Below, one piece after another: positions 21,775-32,763 of a DNA stretch of 64,000 nt; within the stretch, counting starts at the first letter, position 1; the number at the start of each line of letters is the position of its first letter. The position numbers were made by a program, and so were the translations under genes. Source of the DNA: Candidatus Cryptobacteroides intestinipullorum (GTDB lineage Bacteria; Bacteroidota; Bacteroidia; Bacteroidales; UBA932); NCBI GenBank assembly GCA_018711225.1, contig DVIP01000148.1:14537-78536 (forward strand), read 5' to 3'. The notes beneath the pieces are model-generated. The model was not told where the DNA came from. It saw nothing but the letters and a program-made list of their open reading frames with translations, and ran no database searches.

Positions 21775-21872
21775 ACAGAATGAATCTACGCGTATATTCC
21801 ATCTGAAAATTCGTCCGACCGGTGTGGAAATCGGGAATTTATGTGTAATTTTGCCGAAAATATCCTTAAAAC

Positions 21873-22247
21873 ATGAAACAGATTATCGCAACAGAAAATG
21901 CTCCCAAGGCTGTAGGACCTTATTCCCAGGCCGTTGAAGTAAACGGCACCCTCTATATCTCCGGCCAGATCCCGGTAGTTCCTGCAGACGGTTCGGTGCC
22001 GGAAAGCATCGAGGCCCAGACCAGACAGTCTCTCAAGAACATTGGAGCCATACTCGAAAAGGCCGGCATGACCTACTCCAACGTCGTGAAGACTACCGTC
22101 CTTCTCGACGACATATCGAATTTCGCTGCCATGAATGCGGTATATTCCGAATTTTTCACTGCAGAGAAGCCTGCCAGGGCCTGCTATCAGGTGGCTGCAC
22201 TTCCGATGGGTGTGAAAGTCGAAATCGAGGCCATTGCCGTAAAGTGA
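21873..22247 (+). CDS. RidA/YjgF family reactive intermediate deaminase
   Basis: APKAVGPYSQA, SGQIP, FAAMNAVY, PARAC.QV..LP...KVEIEAIA. Confidence 0.93.
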   Translation: MKQIIATENAPKAVGPYSQAVEVNGTLYISGQIPVVPADGSVPESIEAQTRQSLKNIGAILEKAGMTYSNVVKTTVLLDDISNFAAMNAVYSEFFTAEKPARACYQVAALPMGVKVEIEAIAVK

Positions 22248-22451
22248 CGGCTTCTGCATATCTTTTTTATTCTCTTGCTTATAGGAATAGTCTCCGGTGG
22301 GACAAAAAACTTGTTCGACACCCGGTTTTCACCTATATTTGCAGTTTGAATGTATTCTGACGGGACAATGTGATTCCGGGAAACGACAGTTCGACGAATC
22401 CCCTGATGCTGAGTATAATACATTCGTCGAAGCGACTTTATTTTATTTCTG

Positions 22452-24731
22452 ATGAGTAAAAAGTCAATTATCATCTGTGTGTCGATAATCGGGATTTTCC
22501 TGATAATTATCTGTGCAGCATTGTATTTCCTTTATAGCGGCACCGGCCGCACCAGGGACTCTTTGGCCGAGAACCGGGAATATATGCTTTTTACCGCTGT
22601 GCCTTCTGACGCAGATGCAGTCCTGAAATGCAGGGACTTCTCCACGATGCTGTCCTGTCTGGTGACCGACGGCTCGTCTGTCAGTTATTTTGTGACGGGA
22701 AGGAAGGAACCCGGCAAATTCGCCGCCTTTCTCAGGAATGTTTCCGATTCCTCATCCCTGTATTCGTCCCTGATGGCTTCTACGGCCGTTGTTTCCATAC
22801 ACAATATAGGAGTCCTCACGCCTCTGCTTGTGATAGATGCGGACCGGTCCGGCGAGCCTGAGTCATCTGCCGTGAAACTTATGCTGGACAATGCCGCCAA
22901 AGCCGGGATGACTGCCGTCTATTCCGATGCAGCCGATTATGCCCCGGCAGGAAGTCCTCTGAGGAAAAGGTCGCTGCTGCTTGTCTCTCCATCGGATGTG
23001 CTGGTCGATGCTGCCCTGAGACACCTTAAGGCCGAAGTCTCTGTCCTGGATCTTCCGGGATTCCCGGAGGCTGTGTCAGGGATTTCATCTGACAATATCC
23101 TTGTACTTCCTTCGGGAGGCGTGCGCAGGATAGCTTCCGAAATCTTCTCTTCCAAATGTTCGAAAGAATCGGCATCCGCCGCGGGATTTGCTGACTGCAC
23201 CGCATTCTCCATCGACCGCAATTCTTCCGACGGTTTCACACTGTCCGGAAATTCCTATTCCGACGGAAGCCTGTCCAATATAATGGAAATATATTCCGGA
23301 ATATCTCCTGCATCGTCAGAGGTCTCTTCGGTATTGCCGTCATACGCGATATCGGCGGTTTCTGTCCCGATGGCGGATGTGGAAGCTTATCTGGAGGCGT
23401 ATCTCAAGTATGCGCAGACGAAATCTCTCGTAAAGGAAATAGAGGCCGGACGTGCTGCATTGAAGAAAAAGACAGGGACCGACCCTGTGGAATGGGCTTC
23501 CTCCCTGGATATAAAAGAAGTTTCTTCTGCATGCTTCACTGCTGGCGGAAAGCCTGAAAAGATACTTCTTGCCAGGCTCGGACATCCTGCATGGAATCTG
23601 CTTGTCAAAGGCATCAAGGATGCTCCGGAAACAAAAAGCGAGGACAGGATATTGCCTTACAGGTATTCGGGATTCCTGGCCGCCCTGTTCGGGAAACAGT
23701 TTTCGGCAGCAGACGAATCTTCATTTATATTGCACGGAGACTGGATTATTGCCGGAAGCCGTGGCGCATTGTCCGAATATGTCAGCGGAAGGGCTCTGGA
23801 ATATTCCCTTTCGGATTTCATGGCTGATGCGGCCGTAGAAGACCGCCTTTCATGCAGGAACGCTTATTTCGTGTCGTATCTGTCGCTTACTGAAGACGCG
23901 GATTTCATATCCTCCGTGTTTTCCCCTGATTTCATCCCGGCAGTCAAGGCTTCTGCAGAGGGGATAACCTACGAACCGGTCTTTTTCACGATAGAAGAGA
24001 CCAAATCCGGTCTGGTGACAAGGCTTTCTGCCGACAGGACAACGGTTCTCAAGAGCCAGGCCCCTACATTCGAAAGGGACACTTCCGTGGTGGTTCCGAA
24101 AGGTCCTTTCAGGGTAAAGAATTCCGGTACTGGAAAATGGAACCTGTTCTACCAGCAGGACAACATGTATCTCTGCCTTCAGGAAGAAGGCGGAAAGGGT
24201 CTGTGGGGAGTACCGTTCGACGCACCTATCTGCGGATGCGCCAGGACAGTGGACTTTTATGCGAACGGCAAGCTGCAGATTCTCTTCGCTTCAGGTACGA
24301 AACTGTATCTGATAGACCGTCTGGGACGTTTCGTGAATACGTTCCCTGTGGATATCGGAAAGCAGGTGCTTCTCGGACCGGACGTATATGATTTCTCCGG
24401 AAACAAAAAGTACAATGTGATGATTCTCCATACGGACAATACCATCGAAATGTACAATCTTCAGGGCCGCAGGCCGCCGCAGTGGAAGACCATTACCGCT
24501 TCTGAAACCATAAAGGGGCTTCCGGAGCGTATAAAGGTGGGCGGAAACACCTTCTGGGTGGTAAGGACATCCATCCAGACGCTTGTATTCGGATTCTACG
24601 GAGGCGAGCCGCTTACGGTATTCTCCGGAGACAGGATGATCCGTCCGGACAGCGAAGTGGTGCCTTCCGGAGACGATTCCGTGGAGGTGGTATGCTATGA
24701 CGGGAAGAAGCGCACCGTGAAAATCAAATGA
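22452..24731 (+). CDS. hypothetical membrane-anchored protein with probable C-terminal beta-propeller
   Basis: 759-aa ORF; N-terminal TM; C-terminal VDFYANGKLQILF..YLIDRLG..V..FPV segment. Confidence 0.75.
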   Translation: MSKKSIIICVSIIGIFLIIICAALYFLYSGTGRTRDSLAENREYMLFTAVPSDADAVLKCRDFSTMLSCLVTDGSSVSYFVTGRKEPGKFAAFLRNVSDSSSLYSSLMASTAVVSIHNIGVLTPLLVIDADRSGEPESSAVKLMLDNAAKAGMTAVYSDAADYAPAGSPLRKRSLLLVSPSDVLVDAALRHLKAEVSVLDLPGFPEAVSGISSDNILVLPSGGVRRIASEIFSSKCSKESASAAGFADCTAFSIDRNSSDGFTLSGNSYSDGSLSNIMEIYSGISPASSEVSSVLPSYAISAVSVPMADVEAYLEAYLKYAQTKSLVKEIEAGRAALKKKTGTDPVEWASSLDIKEVSSACFTAGGKPEKILLARLGHPAWNLLVKGIKDAPETKSEDRILPYRYSGFLAALFGKQFSAADESSFILHGDWIIAGSRGALSEYVSGRALEYSLSDFMADAAVEDRLSCRNAYFVSYLSLTEDADFISSVFSPDFIPAVKASAEGITYEPVFFTIEETKSGLVTRLSADRTTVLKSQAPTFERDTSVVVPKGPFRVKNSGTGKWNLFYQQDNMYLCLQEEGGKGLWGVPFDAPICGCARTVDFYANGKLQILFASGTKLYLIDRLGRFVNTFPVDIGKQVLLGPDVYDFSGNKKYNVMILHTDNTIEMYNLQGRRPPQWKTITASETIKGLPERIKVGGNTFWVVRTSIQTLVFGFYGGEPLTVFSGDRMIRPDSEVVPSGDDSVEVVCYDGKKRTVKIK

Positions 24732-24766
24732 CTGTAAAACCATATATTGCACACAAATAAAATCTA

Positions 24767-26431
24767 ATGGAAATGATTGAATTTAAATCGGTAAACAAAC
24801 TCTATGAAAAGAGTTTCAAGGAGAACTGGGACCGCCCGGCGTTGTCAAACTACCAGGGTGTCACACTGCATTACCGCGATGTGGCCCGCAGGATAGCGAA
24901 GATGCACATCATGTATGAACGCTGCGGACTTGAAAAGGGTGACAAGGTGGCCATCTGTTCCAGAAACCAGGCCAACTGGGGTGTCTCTTTCCTCTCCGCA
25001 CTGACATACGGGGCTGTTCCAGTGCCTATTCTTCATGAATTCAAGGCCGGAAACATACACCATCTTGTAAATCATTCAGAGGCCAAGATCCTCTTCGTCG
25101 ATGACGTCGTGTGGGAAGGGCTTACGGAGACGGAAATGCCTTCTCTGGTCGCAGTGGTGCAGATAAGCACATTCTCTTTCCTTTATACGAAGAATGACGA
25201 CATCAAGGTAGTGAGGGAACATCTCAACGAGTATTTCGGCCAGAAATACCCTATGAACTTCACTCCTGAAAGCATAAATTACTATGAGGATTCTGCGGAC
25301 GAACTGGCCCTCATAAATTACACTTCAGGAACTTCAGGATTCTCCAAGGGAGTGATGATACCGTACAGGGCCCTGTATTCCAATATCTGCTTTGCGAAAG
25401 GCGTGCTTCCGATGCTGGGCAACACGTCCAACGTGGTGGCGATGCTTCCGTCCGCCCACATGTACGGGATGATGTTCGAGGTCCTGTTCGAGCTTACCGT
25501 GGGAACGCATGTGCATTTCCTCACCAGAGTGCCAAGTCCGAAGATCATCATGCAGGCCCTCTCCGAGGTAAAGCCTGACATCGTGATAGCAGTTCCTCTT
25601 ATCATAGAGAAGGTTTACAAGTCGAAACTCAAGCCTCTTCTGGACAAGAGCGGCATCAAGTTCCTGACACATGTGCCAGGTCTGAACCAGATGCTGATGA
25701 AGAAGATACGTACGGAACTGGTAAATGCCTTCGGAGGCAAGTTCTATGAGGTCATCATCGGAGGTGCGGCCTTCAACAAGGAAGTGGAGACTTTCTTCAA
25801 GAAAATCAATTTCCCGTTTACCGTAGGCTACGGCATGACGGAGTGCGCCCCTATCATATCTTACGATGACTGGAACACTAACAGGGAGTTTTCATGCGGA
25901 AAGACGGCCCCTAATATGGAAATCAGGATAGATTCCCCGGATCCTGAAACAGTGCCGGGAGAGGTGCTGGTGAAGGGTATGAACGTCTTCCTGGGATATT
26001 ACAAGAATGAAGAGGCCACTGCAGCCGCATTTACCAAGGACGGATGGTTCCATACCGGCGACATGGGCGTCATGGACAAGGACGGCTACCTGTATCTTCG
26101 CGGAAGGTCCAAGTGCATGATTCTCGGTCCGTCCGGCCAGAACATATACCCTGAAGAGATAGAATGCGTGCTGAACAACATGCATTATGTGGTGGATTCT
26201 CTCGTGATAGAGGACAACGGAGGACTTACCGCTCTGATTTACCCTGATTTCCATCAGGCGGAAATAGACGGTCTGGACAACAATGCCCTGATCCGCGACC
26301 TTAACAATTCCCTCGCTGTCACGAACAAGGAGCTTCCGAACTATGCCAGAATCTCCAAGATAGAGGTGATGCCGGAAGACTTCGAGAGAACGCCGAAGAG
26401 AAGTATCAAGAGGTATCTTTATCAGAGATAG
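24767..26431 (+). CDS. long-chain fatty acid-CoA ligase
   Basis: INYTSGTSGFSKGV, GYGMTE, WFHTGDMG, GQNIYPEEIE. Confidence 0.93.
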   Translation: MEMIEFKSVNKLYEKSFKENWDRPALSNYQGVTLHYRDVARRIAKMHIMYERCGLEKGDKVAICSRNQANWGVSFLSALTYGAVPVPILHEFKAGNIHHLVNHSEAKILFVDDVVWEGLTETEMPSLVAVVQISTFSFLYTKNDDIKVVREHLNEYFGQKYPMNFTPESINYYEDSADELALINYTSGTSGFSKGVMIPYRALYSNICFAKGVLPMLGNTSNVVAMLPSAHMYGMMFEVLFELTVGTHVHFLTRVPSPKIIMQALSEVKPDIVIAVPLIIEKVYKSKLKPLLDKSGIKFLTHVPGLNQMLMKKIRTELVNAFGGKFYEVIIGGAAFNKEVETFFKKINFPFTVGYGMTECAPIISYDDWNTNREFSCGKTAPNMEIRIDSPDPETVPGEVLVKGMNVFLGYYKNEEATAAAFTKDGWFHTGDMGVMDKDGYLYLRGRSKCMILGPSGQNIYPEEIECVLNNMHYVVDSLVIEDNGGLTALIYPDFHQAEIDGLDNNALIRDLNNSLAVTNKELPNYARISKIEVMPEDFERTPKRSIKRYLYQR

Positions 26432-26435
26432 GACA

Positions 26436-26843
26436 ATGGAAAAGTTTGACCACAGCTATCTGCAGATGGCTTCCATATGGGCGCAAAATTCTTACTGCAA
26501 GCGCCGCAAGGTAGGAGCCCTGCTGGTCAAGGACAGGATGATAATATCGGACGGCTACAACGGTACGCCGTCCGGTTTCGAGAATATCTGCGAAGACGCG
26601 GACGGCATTACCAAACCGTACGTCCTTCATGCGGAGGCGAATGCCATCACCAAGGTGGCGAAGTCCGGCAACAGCAGCGAGGGTGCGACTCTGTATGTGA
26701 CTGCCGCCCCGTGTCTTGAATGTGCCAAGCTTATAATCCAGGCAGGCATAACCAGGGTCGTGTACCGGGACGAATACCGCCTTACGGACGGCGTGGACCT
26801 GCTCAGGAAAGCCGGCATAGAGGTGGAGCAGGTCGAAGACTGA
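26436..26843 (+). CDS. dCMP deaminase family protein
   Basis: GYNGTP, HAEANAI, PCLECAK zinc motifs. Confidence 0.93.
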   Translation: MEKFDHSYLQMASIWAQNSYCKRRKVGALLVKDRMIISDGYNGTPSGFENICEDADGITKPYVLHAEANAITKVAKSGNSSEGATLYVTAAPCLECAKLIIQAGITRVVYRDEYRLTDGVDLLRKAGIEVEQVED

Positions 26844-26870
26844 TTTGTAGTTTTAGTGTATCGGAAGAAG

Positions 26871-28460
26871 ATGAAAGACAGGTCATATACATTATTGACG
26901 GCATTGCTGGGTATTGTCCTGGGAGTGCTTGCAACGCTGGTCGTCGTGAAATATACCGACAGCAGGAAAAAATTCGACGGAGATTACAACCGTTGGCGGA
27001 AGCTGAACCTCATCCTGCAGGAAGTCCAGCAGAACTATGTCGATACGATAGACATGAAGGCCATGACGGATGCGGCTGTGGTGGCGGCATTGTCCGAACT
27101 GGATCCGCATACGGTCTATCTCCCGCCTGTCGAACTTGAAGAATCCGAGACTGAACTTGCTGGGAATTTCGACGGTATTGGCATACAGTTCAATGTGCCC
27201 AATGATACCGCCATTGTCCTGAACGTGATTCCGGGAGGCCCGTCGGAGAAGGCTGGACTTATGCAGGGCGACCGCATACTGAAGGTGAATGATGATGTCA
27301 TAGCGGGCAACAAGACGCCTCAGGACAGCATGGTGGCCAGAATGAAAGGGCCTGCCGGGTCCAAGGTCAATATCACGGTTCGCAGGGAAGGCGCGGATAT
27401 ACCGTTTGAAATCACGAGGGGGAAGATTCCTGTCCACTGTGTGGATGCGGCTTTCATGATAGACGATACGACGGGCTATATCCGTCTGTCGAAATTCACC
27501 AGAACCACGTATCTGGAATTTTCCAATGCGGCCGGGAAACTGTTGTCAGCAGGCATGAAAAGGCTTGTATTCGACCTCAGGGACAATACCGGAGGCTATT
27601 TCGACCAGGCTTTCCTGGTATGCAACGAGTTCCTGGAAAAGGATGATCCGATAGTGTATATGGAAGGTCTTCACAGATCCAGACAGGATTTCAAGGCGGA
27701 CGGATCCGGCAAACTTAAGGATATCGACCTGGAGGTGCTTATAAATGAGTCTTCCGCTTCATCCAGCGAGATTTTTGCCGGTGCCATCCAGGACAATGAC
27801 AGGGGAGTGATACTGGGCCGCCGTTCTTTCGGCAAGGGACTGGTGCAGGAACCGATAAACTTCACCGACGGTTCCGGGCTTCGCCTGACTGTATCGCGTT
27901 TCTACACGCCTTCCGGAAGGTGCATACAGAAACCGTATTCGAAGGATTATGCATACGACATATATGAGAGGTATGCCCACGGGGAAATGACGGATGCAGA
28001 CAGCATGAAGGTGGACAAGTCCCAAGAGTTCCGCACCAGGGGCGGCAGGGCAGTGTATGGTGGCGGAGGTATAATCCCTGACGTGTTCGTGCCTATGGAT
28101 ACCACCAGAGCCAGTGATTTCTTCATACAGTCGAACAAGAAGTCCCTGCAGGTAAGGTTTGCATCGGCCATGTTCGACAGATACAGCAGGACGCTGGCTT
28201 CAATAGACGATTTCCCTTCACTGGAAAGATATCTTGACGCACTGGACCTGAAAACCAGATTCCTGGATTATGCCAGAACGGAGGGCGTGATTCTCAAGCC
28301 GTCTGAAGAAGCCGATTTCGATACCTATATGATGCCTCAGATCAAGGCTCTTGTCGGCAGATACTCCAAGCTCGATGACGAGGCGTTCTACAGATTTTAT
28401 CTGGAAATAGACGAGACAGTAAAGGCTGCGCTGAAGACCGATCCGGTTATTGCGCAATGA
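26871..28460 (+). CDS. S41 carboxy-terminal processing protease
   Basis: PDZ domain, DLRDNTGG, SASSSEI, SFGKGLVQ. Confidence 0.93.
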   Translation: MKDRSYTLLTALLGIVLGVLATLVVVKYTDSRKKFDGDYNRWRKLNLILQEVQQNYVDTIDMKAMTDAAVVAALSELDPHTVYLPPVELEESETELAGNFDGIGIQFNVPNDTAIVLNVIPGGPSEKAGLMQGDRILKVNDDVIAGNKTPQDSMVARMKGPAGSKVNITVRREGADIPFEITRGKIPVHCVDAAFMIDDTTGYIRLSKFTRTTYLEFSNAAGKLLSAGMKRLVFDLRDNTGGYFDQAFLVCNEFLEKDDPIVYMEGLHRSRQDFKADGSGKLKDIDLEVLINESSASSSEIFAGAIQDNDRGVILGRRSFGKGLVQEPINFTDGSGLRLTVSRFYTPSGRCIQKPYSKDYAYDIYERYAHGEMTDADSMKVDKSQEFRTRGGRAVYGGGGIIPDVFVPMDTTRASDFFIQSNKKSLQVRFASAMFDRYSRTLASIDDFPSLERYLDALDLKTRFLDYARTEGVILKPSEEADFDTYMMPQIKALVGRYSKLDDEAFYRFYLEIDETVKAALKTDPVIAQ

Positions 28461-29205
28461 AACGGTAGACTATTTCACCGTATTGTCTTTTAGGGGCTGT
28501 CGCCGAAGCCGTGAAACGGGAAAGGCGGGCAGCCCTTTTTGCAAATTCCCTGAGACAGTGGTCGGAAGATGAGAAGTCCTCCATTATTTCCACTGCATCT
28601 ACGGCCCCTGACGGGTTTACGGTGATGCGGACAGTCACATCTCCTGCGCCCATGCATCTGTAGGCCGGTACGGAAAGATTGACGGCTTTCCTGCCGTCCA
28701 GTGAGTATGACACTACCGAAGGTCCGGTATATACAGGCTTTTCGGCGTCCGTTTCTTCACTGCGGTGATCCGGAAGGGCTGCATAGTCCTCCGGATTTTC
28801 CGGTTCAGGTGCGTATGCGCCGCTTTCGAGTTCCCTTGCAAGCCTTTCGACATCTCTGTACAGCTGCTCTGCGTCAGTGTTCCTGTCGTCTTCCAGGTGT
28901 GCGGAACTTGCATCTACCGCTATGTTCCGGATTTCCTCCTGCCATCCGGACCGTGAATCCACGGCGGAAGCGGCAGCCAGCAGGTCATCAATCCTGTCGC
29001 TGATATCCTGCCTGAATTCCTCTTCCTGCTCCAGCCGCTCCTGTTCCTCCGCCTGGGAAAAGTCCAGTACGTAAGTATTTTCCGAATTGACGGCTGTGGC
29101 GATTTGGGAGACCAGCAGTACGATAACGAGTCCGACATGCAGGATTACAGTCAGATAAAGGCCGGATTTGTCCTCTTTGGATATTTTTATGTGCAGACGC
29201 TTCAC
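28447..29205 (-). CDS. TonB-like energy transducer family protein
   Basis: N-terminal TM with conserved His (LYLTVILH), acidic linker, TonB-C-like end (VTVRITVNPSG.V...G.IVYRF). Confidence 0.7.
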   Translation of the reverse strand: MKRLHIKISKEDKSGLYLTVILHVGLVIVLLVSQIATAVNSENTYVLDFSQAEEQERLEQEEEFRQDISDRIDDLLAAASAVDSRSGWQEEIRNIAVDASSAHLEDDRNTDAEQLYRDVERLARELESGAYAPEPENPEDYAALPDHRSEETDAEKPVYTGPSVVSYSLDGRKAVNLSVPAYRCMGAGDVTVRITVNPSGAVDAVEIMEDFSSSDHCLREFAKRAARLSRFTASATAPKRQYGEIVYRFIAQ

Positions 29206-29211
29206 CTGGTT

Positions 29212-29829
29212 CTAATATGCCTTGTGCAATGCTTTCTCGATGGTGGCCGAGATGATATCTATCGCTACCTTGTTGTGCCCTCCCTGGGGTATGATGATGT
29301 CGGCGTATCTTTTGCTCGGTTCGATGAACTGGAGGTACATCGGCTTCACGGTCTTGGAATATCTCTGTATCACGGTCTCCACGGTCTTTCCGCGTTCCAT
29401 GATGTCCCTGGCCATGATTCTCATCAGCCGGTCGTCATCGTCGGCATCCACGAATATTTTGATATCCATCTGGTCCCTGAGCTCGGCGCATGTGAATATC
29501 AGGATGCCTTCGATTATGATGACATCGGCAGGCTTCACTGTGACAGTCTCGGTCCTTGACCTGGAACATGTGAGATAGGAATAGACAGGCTGTTCTATGA
29601 TTTTTCCCTCCTTGAGTTCACGCAGCTGCCTGTTCAGGAGTTCGAAATCTATCGAATCCGGATGGTCGAAGTTCACTTTCTGCCTTTCTTCCAGCGGAAG
29701 GTAGCTTGAGTCCTTGTAGTACGAGTCCTGCGGGATGACCACTACGTTTTCCTTAAGCTGTTTCGTGATGGCCTGTACTACGGTTGTCTTGCCGGACCCT
29801 GATCCGCCTGCTATTCCGATAACTAACAT
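29212..29829 (-). CDS. udk: uridine kinase
   Basis: GIAGGSGSGKTT, QDSYY, NFDHP, IIIEGIL. Confidence 0.95.
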   Translation of the reverse strand: MLVIGIAGGSGSGKTTVVQAITKQLKENVVVIPQDSYYKDSSYLPLEERQKVNFDHPDSIDFELLNRQLRELKEGKIIEQPVYSYLTCSRSRTETVTVKPADVIIIEGILIFTCAELRDQMDIKIFVDADDDDRLMRIMARDIMERGKTVETVIQRYSKTVKPMYLQFIEPSKRYADIIIPQGGHNKVAIDIISATIEKALHKAY

Positions 29830-29859
29830 GAGTCTGTCTTTTTTGGTTTCAATTGGCCT

Positions 29860-31251
29860 TTAGAATTCGGCGCTCTTCGGTGTGCGCGGGAACGGAATGA
29901 CGTCCCTGATGTTGCTCATGCCGGTGACGAAGAGCAGAAGCCTTTCAAAACCGAGACCGAATCCGCTGTGAGGGGCAGAACCGAATCTCCTTGTATCTAT
30001 GTACCATTCGAGATTCTCCCTGCTCATGCCGAGTTCTGAAATCCTTGCCTCCAGTTTCTCAAGTGACGACTCCCTTTCGGAACCTCCGATGATTTCCCCG
30101 ATTTTAGGGAAGAGTACATCCATGCCCCTTACAGTCTTTCCGTCATCGTTCTGTTTCATGTAGAAGGCCTTGATGTCTTTCGGATAGTCTGTCATGATGA
30201 CCGGCTTTTTGAAATGCTTCTCTACCAGATATCTTTCGTGTTCACTCTGGAGATCCACGCCCCAGCTGACAGGGTATTCGAACTTTTCTCCAGATTCTTC
30301 AAGTATCCTGATACCTTCTGTGTATGTCAGCCTTACGAAATCTGTCTTGATTACGCTTTCAAGCCTTTCTATCAGTTCCTTGTCGAACATGTCGTTCAGG
30401 AACCTGATGTCGTCCATGCAGTTTTCAAGCGCATATCTTACCAGGTACTTGATGAAATCTTCGGCCAGTTCCATGTTGTCTTCTATTTCGTAGAAGGCCA
30501 TTTCAGGCTCTATCATCCAGAATTCGGCCAGATGTCTCGGAGTGTTCGAGTTTTCGGCCCTGAATGTAGGTCCGAATGTGTAGATTTCCCCGAGAGCCAT
30601 CGCCCCGAGTTCTCCTTCAAGCTGTCCGCTCACGGTGAGGCTGGTCTGTTTCCCGAAAAAGTCCTGGGAATAGTCTATTTTTCCGCTCTCGTTTCTCGGA
30701 GGGTTGTTCAGGTCCAGAGTGGTCACCTGGAACATTTCTCCCGCACCTTCACAGTCGGATGCCGTGATAATAGGGGTGTGCAGATAGACGAAACCCTTGT
30801 CGTTGAAATATTTGTGTATGGCGAAGGCCATCGCGTGCCTTATTCTCAATACTGCGCCGAAAGTGTTGGTCCTCGGTCTGAGATGCGCTATCGTCCTGAG
30901 AAATTCCATTGAATGGCCTTTCTTCTGGAGCGGATATGTGTCGGGATTTGCTTCTCCGTAAAGTTCTATTTCCCTGGCCTGGATTTCCACGGCCTGGCCG
31001 CTTCCTACGGATTCTACCAGGTCGCCTTTCACACGGATGCATGCTCCGGTGGTTATTTTCTTCAACAGTTCTTCCGGAAATGCAGCAGTCTCTACGACTA
31101 TCTGTATATTGTTTATGGTGGAGCCGTCATTCAATGCTATAAAAGCAATATTCTTGTTCCCTCTTTTCGTCCTGACCCAGCCCTTGGCTACGACTTCACG
31201 GCCGGGTTCGCTTTTCAGCAGTTCCTTGACTTTGGTCCTCATAATCGTCAT
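29860..31251 (-). CDS. asnS: asparagine--tRNA ligase
   Basis: [40 protein letters not shown]. Confidence 0.98.
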   Translation of the reverse strand: MTIMRTKVKELLKSEPGREVVAKGWVRTKRGNKNIAFIALNDGSTINNIQIVVETAAFPEELLKKITTGACIRVKGDLVESVGSGQAVEIQAREIELYGEANPDTYPLQKKGHSMEFLRTIAHLRPRTNTFGAVLRIRHAMAFAIHKYFNDKGFVYLHTPIITASDCEGAGEMFQVTTLDLNNPPRNESGKIDYSQDFFGKQTSLTVSGQLEGELGAMALGEIYTFGPTFRAENSNTPRHLAEFWMIEPEMAFYEIEDNMELAEDFIKYLVRYALENCMDDIRFLNDMFDKELIERLESVIKTDFVRLTYTEGIRILEESGEKFEYPVSWGVDLQSEHERYLVEKHFKKPVIMTDYPKDIKAFYMKQNDDGKTVRGMDVLFPKIGEIIGGSERESSLEKLEARISELGMSRENLEWYIDTRRFGSAPHSGFGLGFERLLLFVTGMSNIRDVIPFPRTPKSAEF

Positions 31252-31298
31252 TGATAATTATTATACTCTGTAAATCACACAAATTTACGATATTCTTC

Positions 31299-32543
31299 TT
31301 ATTCACCCAAGATTTTTCCCTTTATTTCAGTGTTGTCATATCTGCCTCCGAAACGGTCAGAACCCTTGCCGATGGCATATACCGGAACCGGGCCTCCCGT
31401 GTGGCTGAGTGTAGTCCATCCGATGTACGCCTTGTCGTTTAGGGCTTTGTTCTCGTTGTAGCCGAGTTCGTTCCTGCAGCCGGATGCTGTCCAGGCGCTG
31501 TCGAGGATATTCCATTTCAGATTGTCTTCTCCGGACAGTGCTCCGCCCAGTGTTATTCCCCCGGTCTCATGGTCTGCCGTCACCAGAATCAGGGTCTCGT
31601 CCGGGTGTTCCCTGTAAAATTCCATTGCCTTCCTGACAGCTCCGTCCAGTTCCATAACCTTTTCGATCATTGGCATTGTCTTGTTGTCATGTGCGGCCCA
31701 GTCGATGTCCCCCTGTTCGAACATGATGAAGAACGGTGTGTCGTCACCGAAGAATTCAAGGCATTTCCCTACCATCTCTTCGGACGAAATCTCTCCGTCA
31801 GGCTCTTTCTCCACCACGTATGTAGGCGTGTCCTTGCCCCTGTATGATTCCTGGCTCAGAACGATATGTTCCGCCCCTGCTTCCATGGCATCTTCCAGTT
31901 CGTCCATGCCGAAGCATACGGAGTAGCCGGCCTTTTCGAGAAGCGGCTTGCTTCCTTCCTTATCGCCGTCCTTGCCGGCGTAGTCTATGAAGCCGGATCC
32001 GGCGAGGAAATCGAATCCGCTTGCAGGAATCTCTTCAGTGATTTCATAATACGCATGTCTGCTCACGTTGTGCCCGTAGAATGCGGCAGGCGTGGCATGG
32101 TTTACAGGTACGGAACTCATGATTCCGACCTTGTACCCCTTTTCCTTCAATATGGATGCAATGCTTTTGAGCGTGTCGCCTTCAGGAGTGATGCCGAGCC
32201 AGCCGTTGTTGGTCTTGACACCGCAGCTTATGGCTGTCCCCGCAGCGGATGAGCAGGTGATACTGCTGTTGGCAGAGTATGTCTCGGCCATTCCGAGTAC
32301 CGGAAATCCGGTGAATGACAGTCTCTCGAATCCTGTTTCTCCGTTTTTGTACGCCTTGTATGACTCTGTCGCCGCTACATGTGTGGCGCCCATCCCGTCA
32401 CCTATGAACAGGAAAATATATTTTGCGGGACTTGCAGTGCCGGAAGTTCCAGGGCAGCATCCTGTATTTGATAAAACGACCCCGGCAAAGGCCATGGCCA
32501 GGCAGACGAGTCCTGCGGCAGTTTTCATTGCATTTTTCTTCAT
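31299..32543 (-). CDS. alkaline phosphatase (exported)
   Basis: FLFIGDGMG, TCSSAAGTA, HATPAAFY, EQGDIDWAAH, TADHETGG, HTG. Confidence 0.92.
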   Translation of the reverse strand: MKKNAMKTAAGLVCLAMAFAGVVLSNTGCCPGTSGTASPAKYIFLFIGDGMGATHVAATESYKAYKNGETGFERLSFTGFPVLGMAETYSANSSITCSSAAGTAISCGVKTNNGWLGITPEGDTLKSIASILKEKGYKVGIMSSVPVNHATPAAFYGHNVSRHAYYEITEEIPASGFDFLAGSGFIDYAGKDGDKEGSKPLLEKAGYSVCFGMDELEDAMEAGAEHIVLSQESYRGKDTPTYVVEKEPDGEISSEEMVGKCLEFFGDDTPFFIMFEQGDIDWAAHDNKTMPMIEKVMELDGAVRKAMEFYREHPDETLILVTADHETGGITLGGALSGEDNLKWNILDSAWTASGCRNELGYNENKALNDKAYIGWTTLSHTGGPVPVYAIGKGSDRFGGRYDNTEIKGKILGE

Positions 32544-32695
32544 TGCTTTCAATATATTTTAAAGTCAGTTCGTTGAATTATCTTACTTTGTATCAGAGAT
32601 CCCGTCGAACTGACGTTACGATTCCTACGGAATCCCTTACAATTCCTTTTTCCGTGTGATACCACGGCCGCCCGCAAATTTACTCTTTTCCGGAC

Positions 32696-32738
32696 AAAAA
32701 AGAAAGATGGAACCCAAGATTTCCCGGATTCCATCTTT
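32696..32738 (-). terminator. terminator of the exbBD operon
   Basis: aaagatggaa...ttccatcttt stem with an A-run (U tract on minus strand). Confidence 0.65.
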
Positions 32739-32763
32739 TCCCATATAACTTGTCCAGTCAGTA

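Noticed and set aside
21528-21872. integrated element at tRNA-Arg
   Set aside because: No integrase and no duplicated tRNA 3' end seen; ridA follows directly
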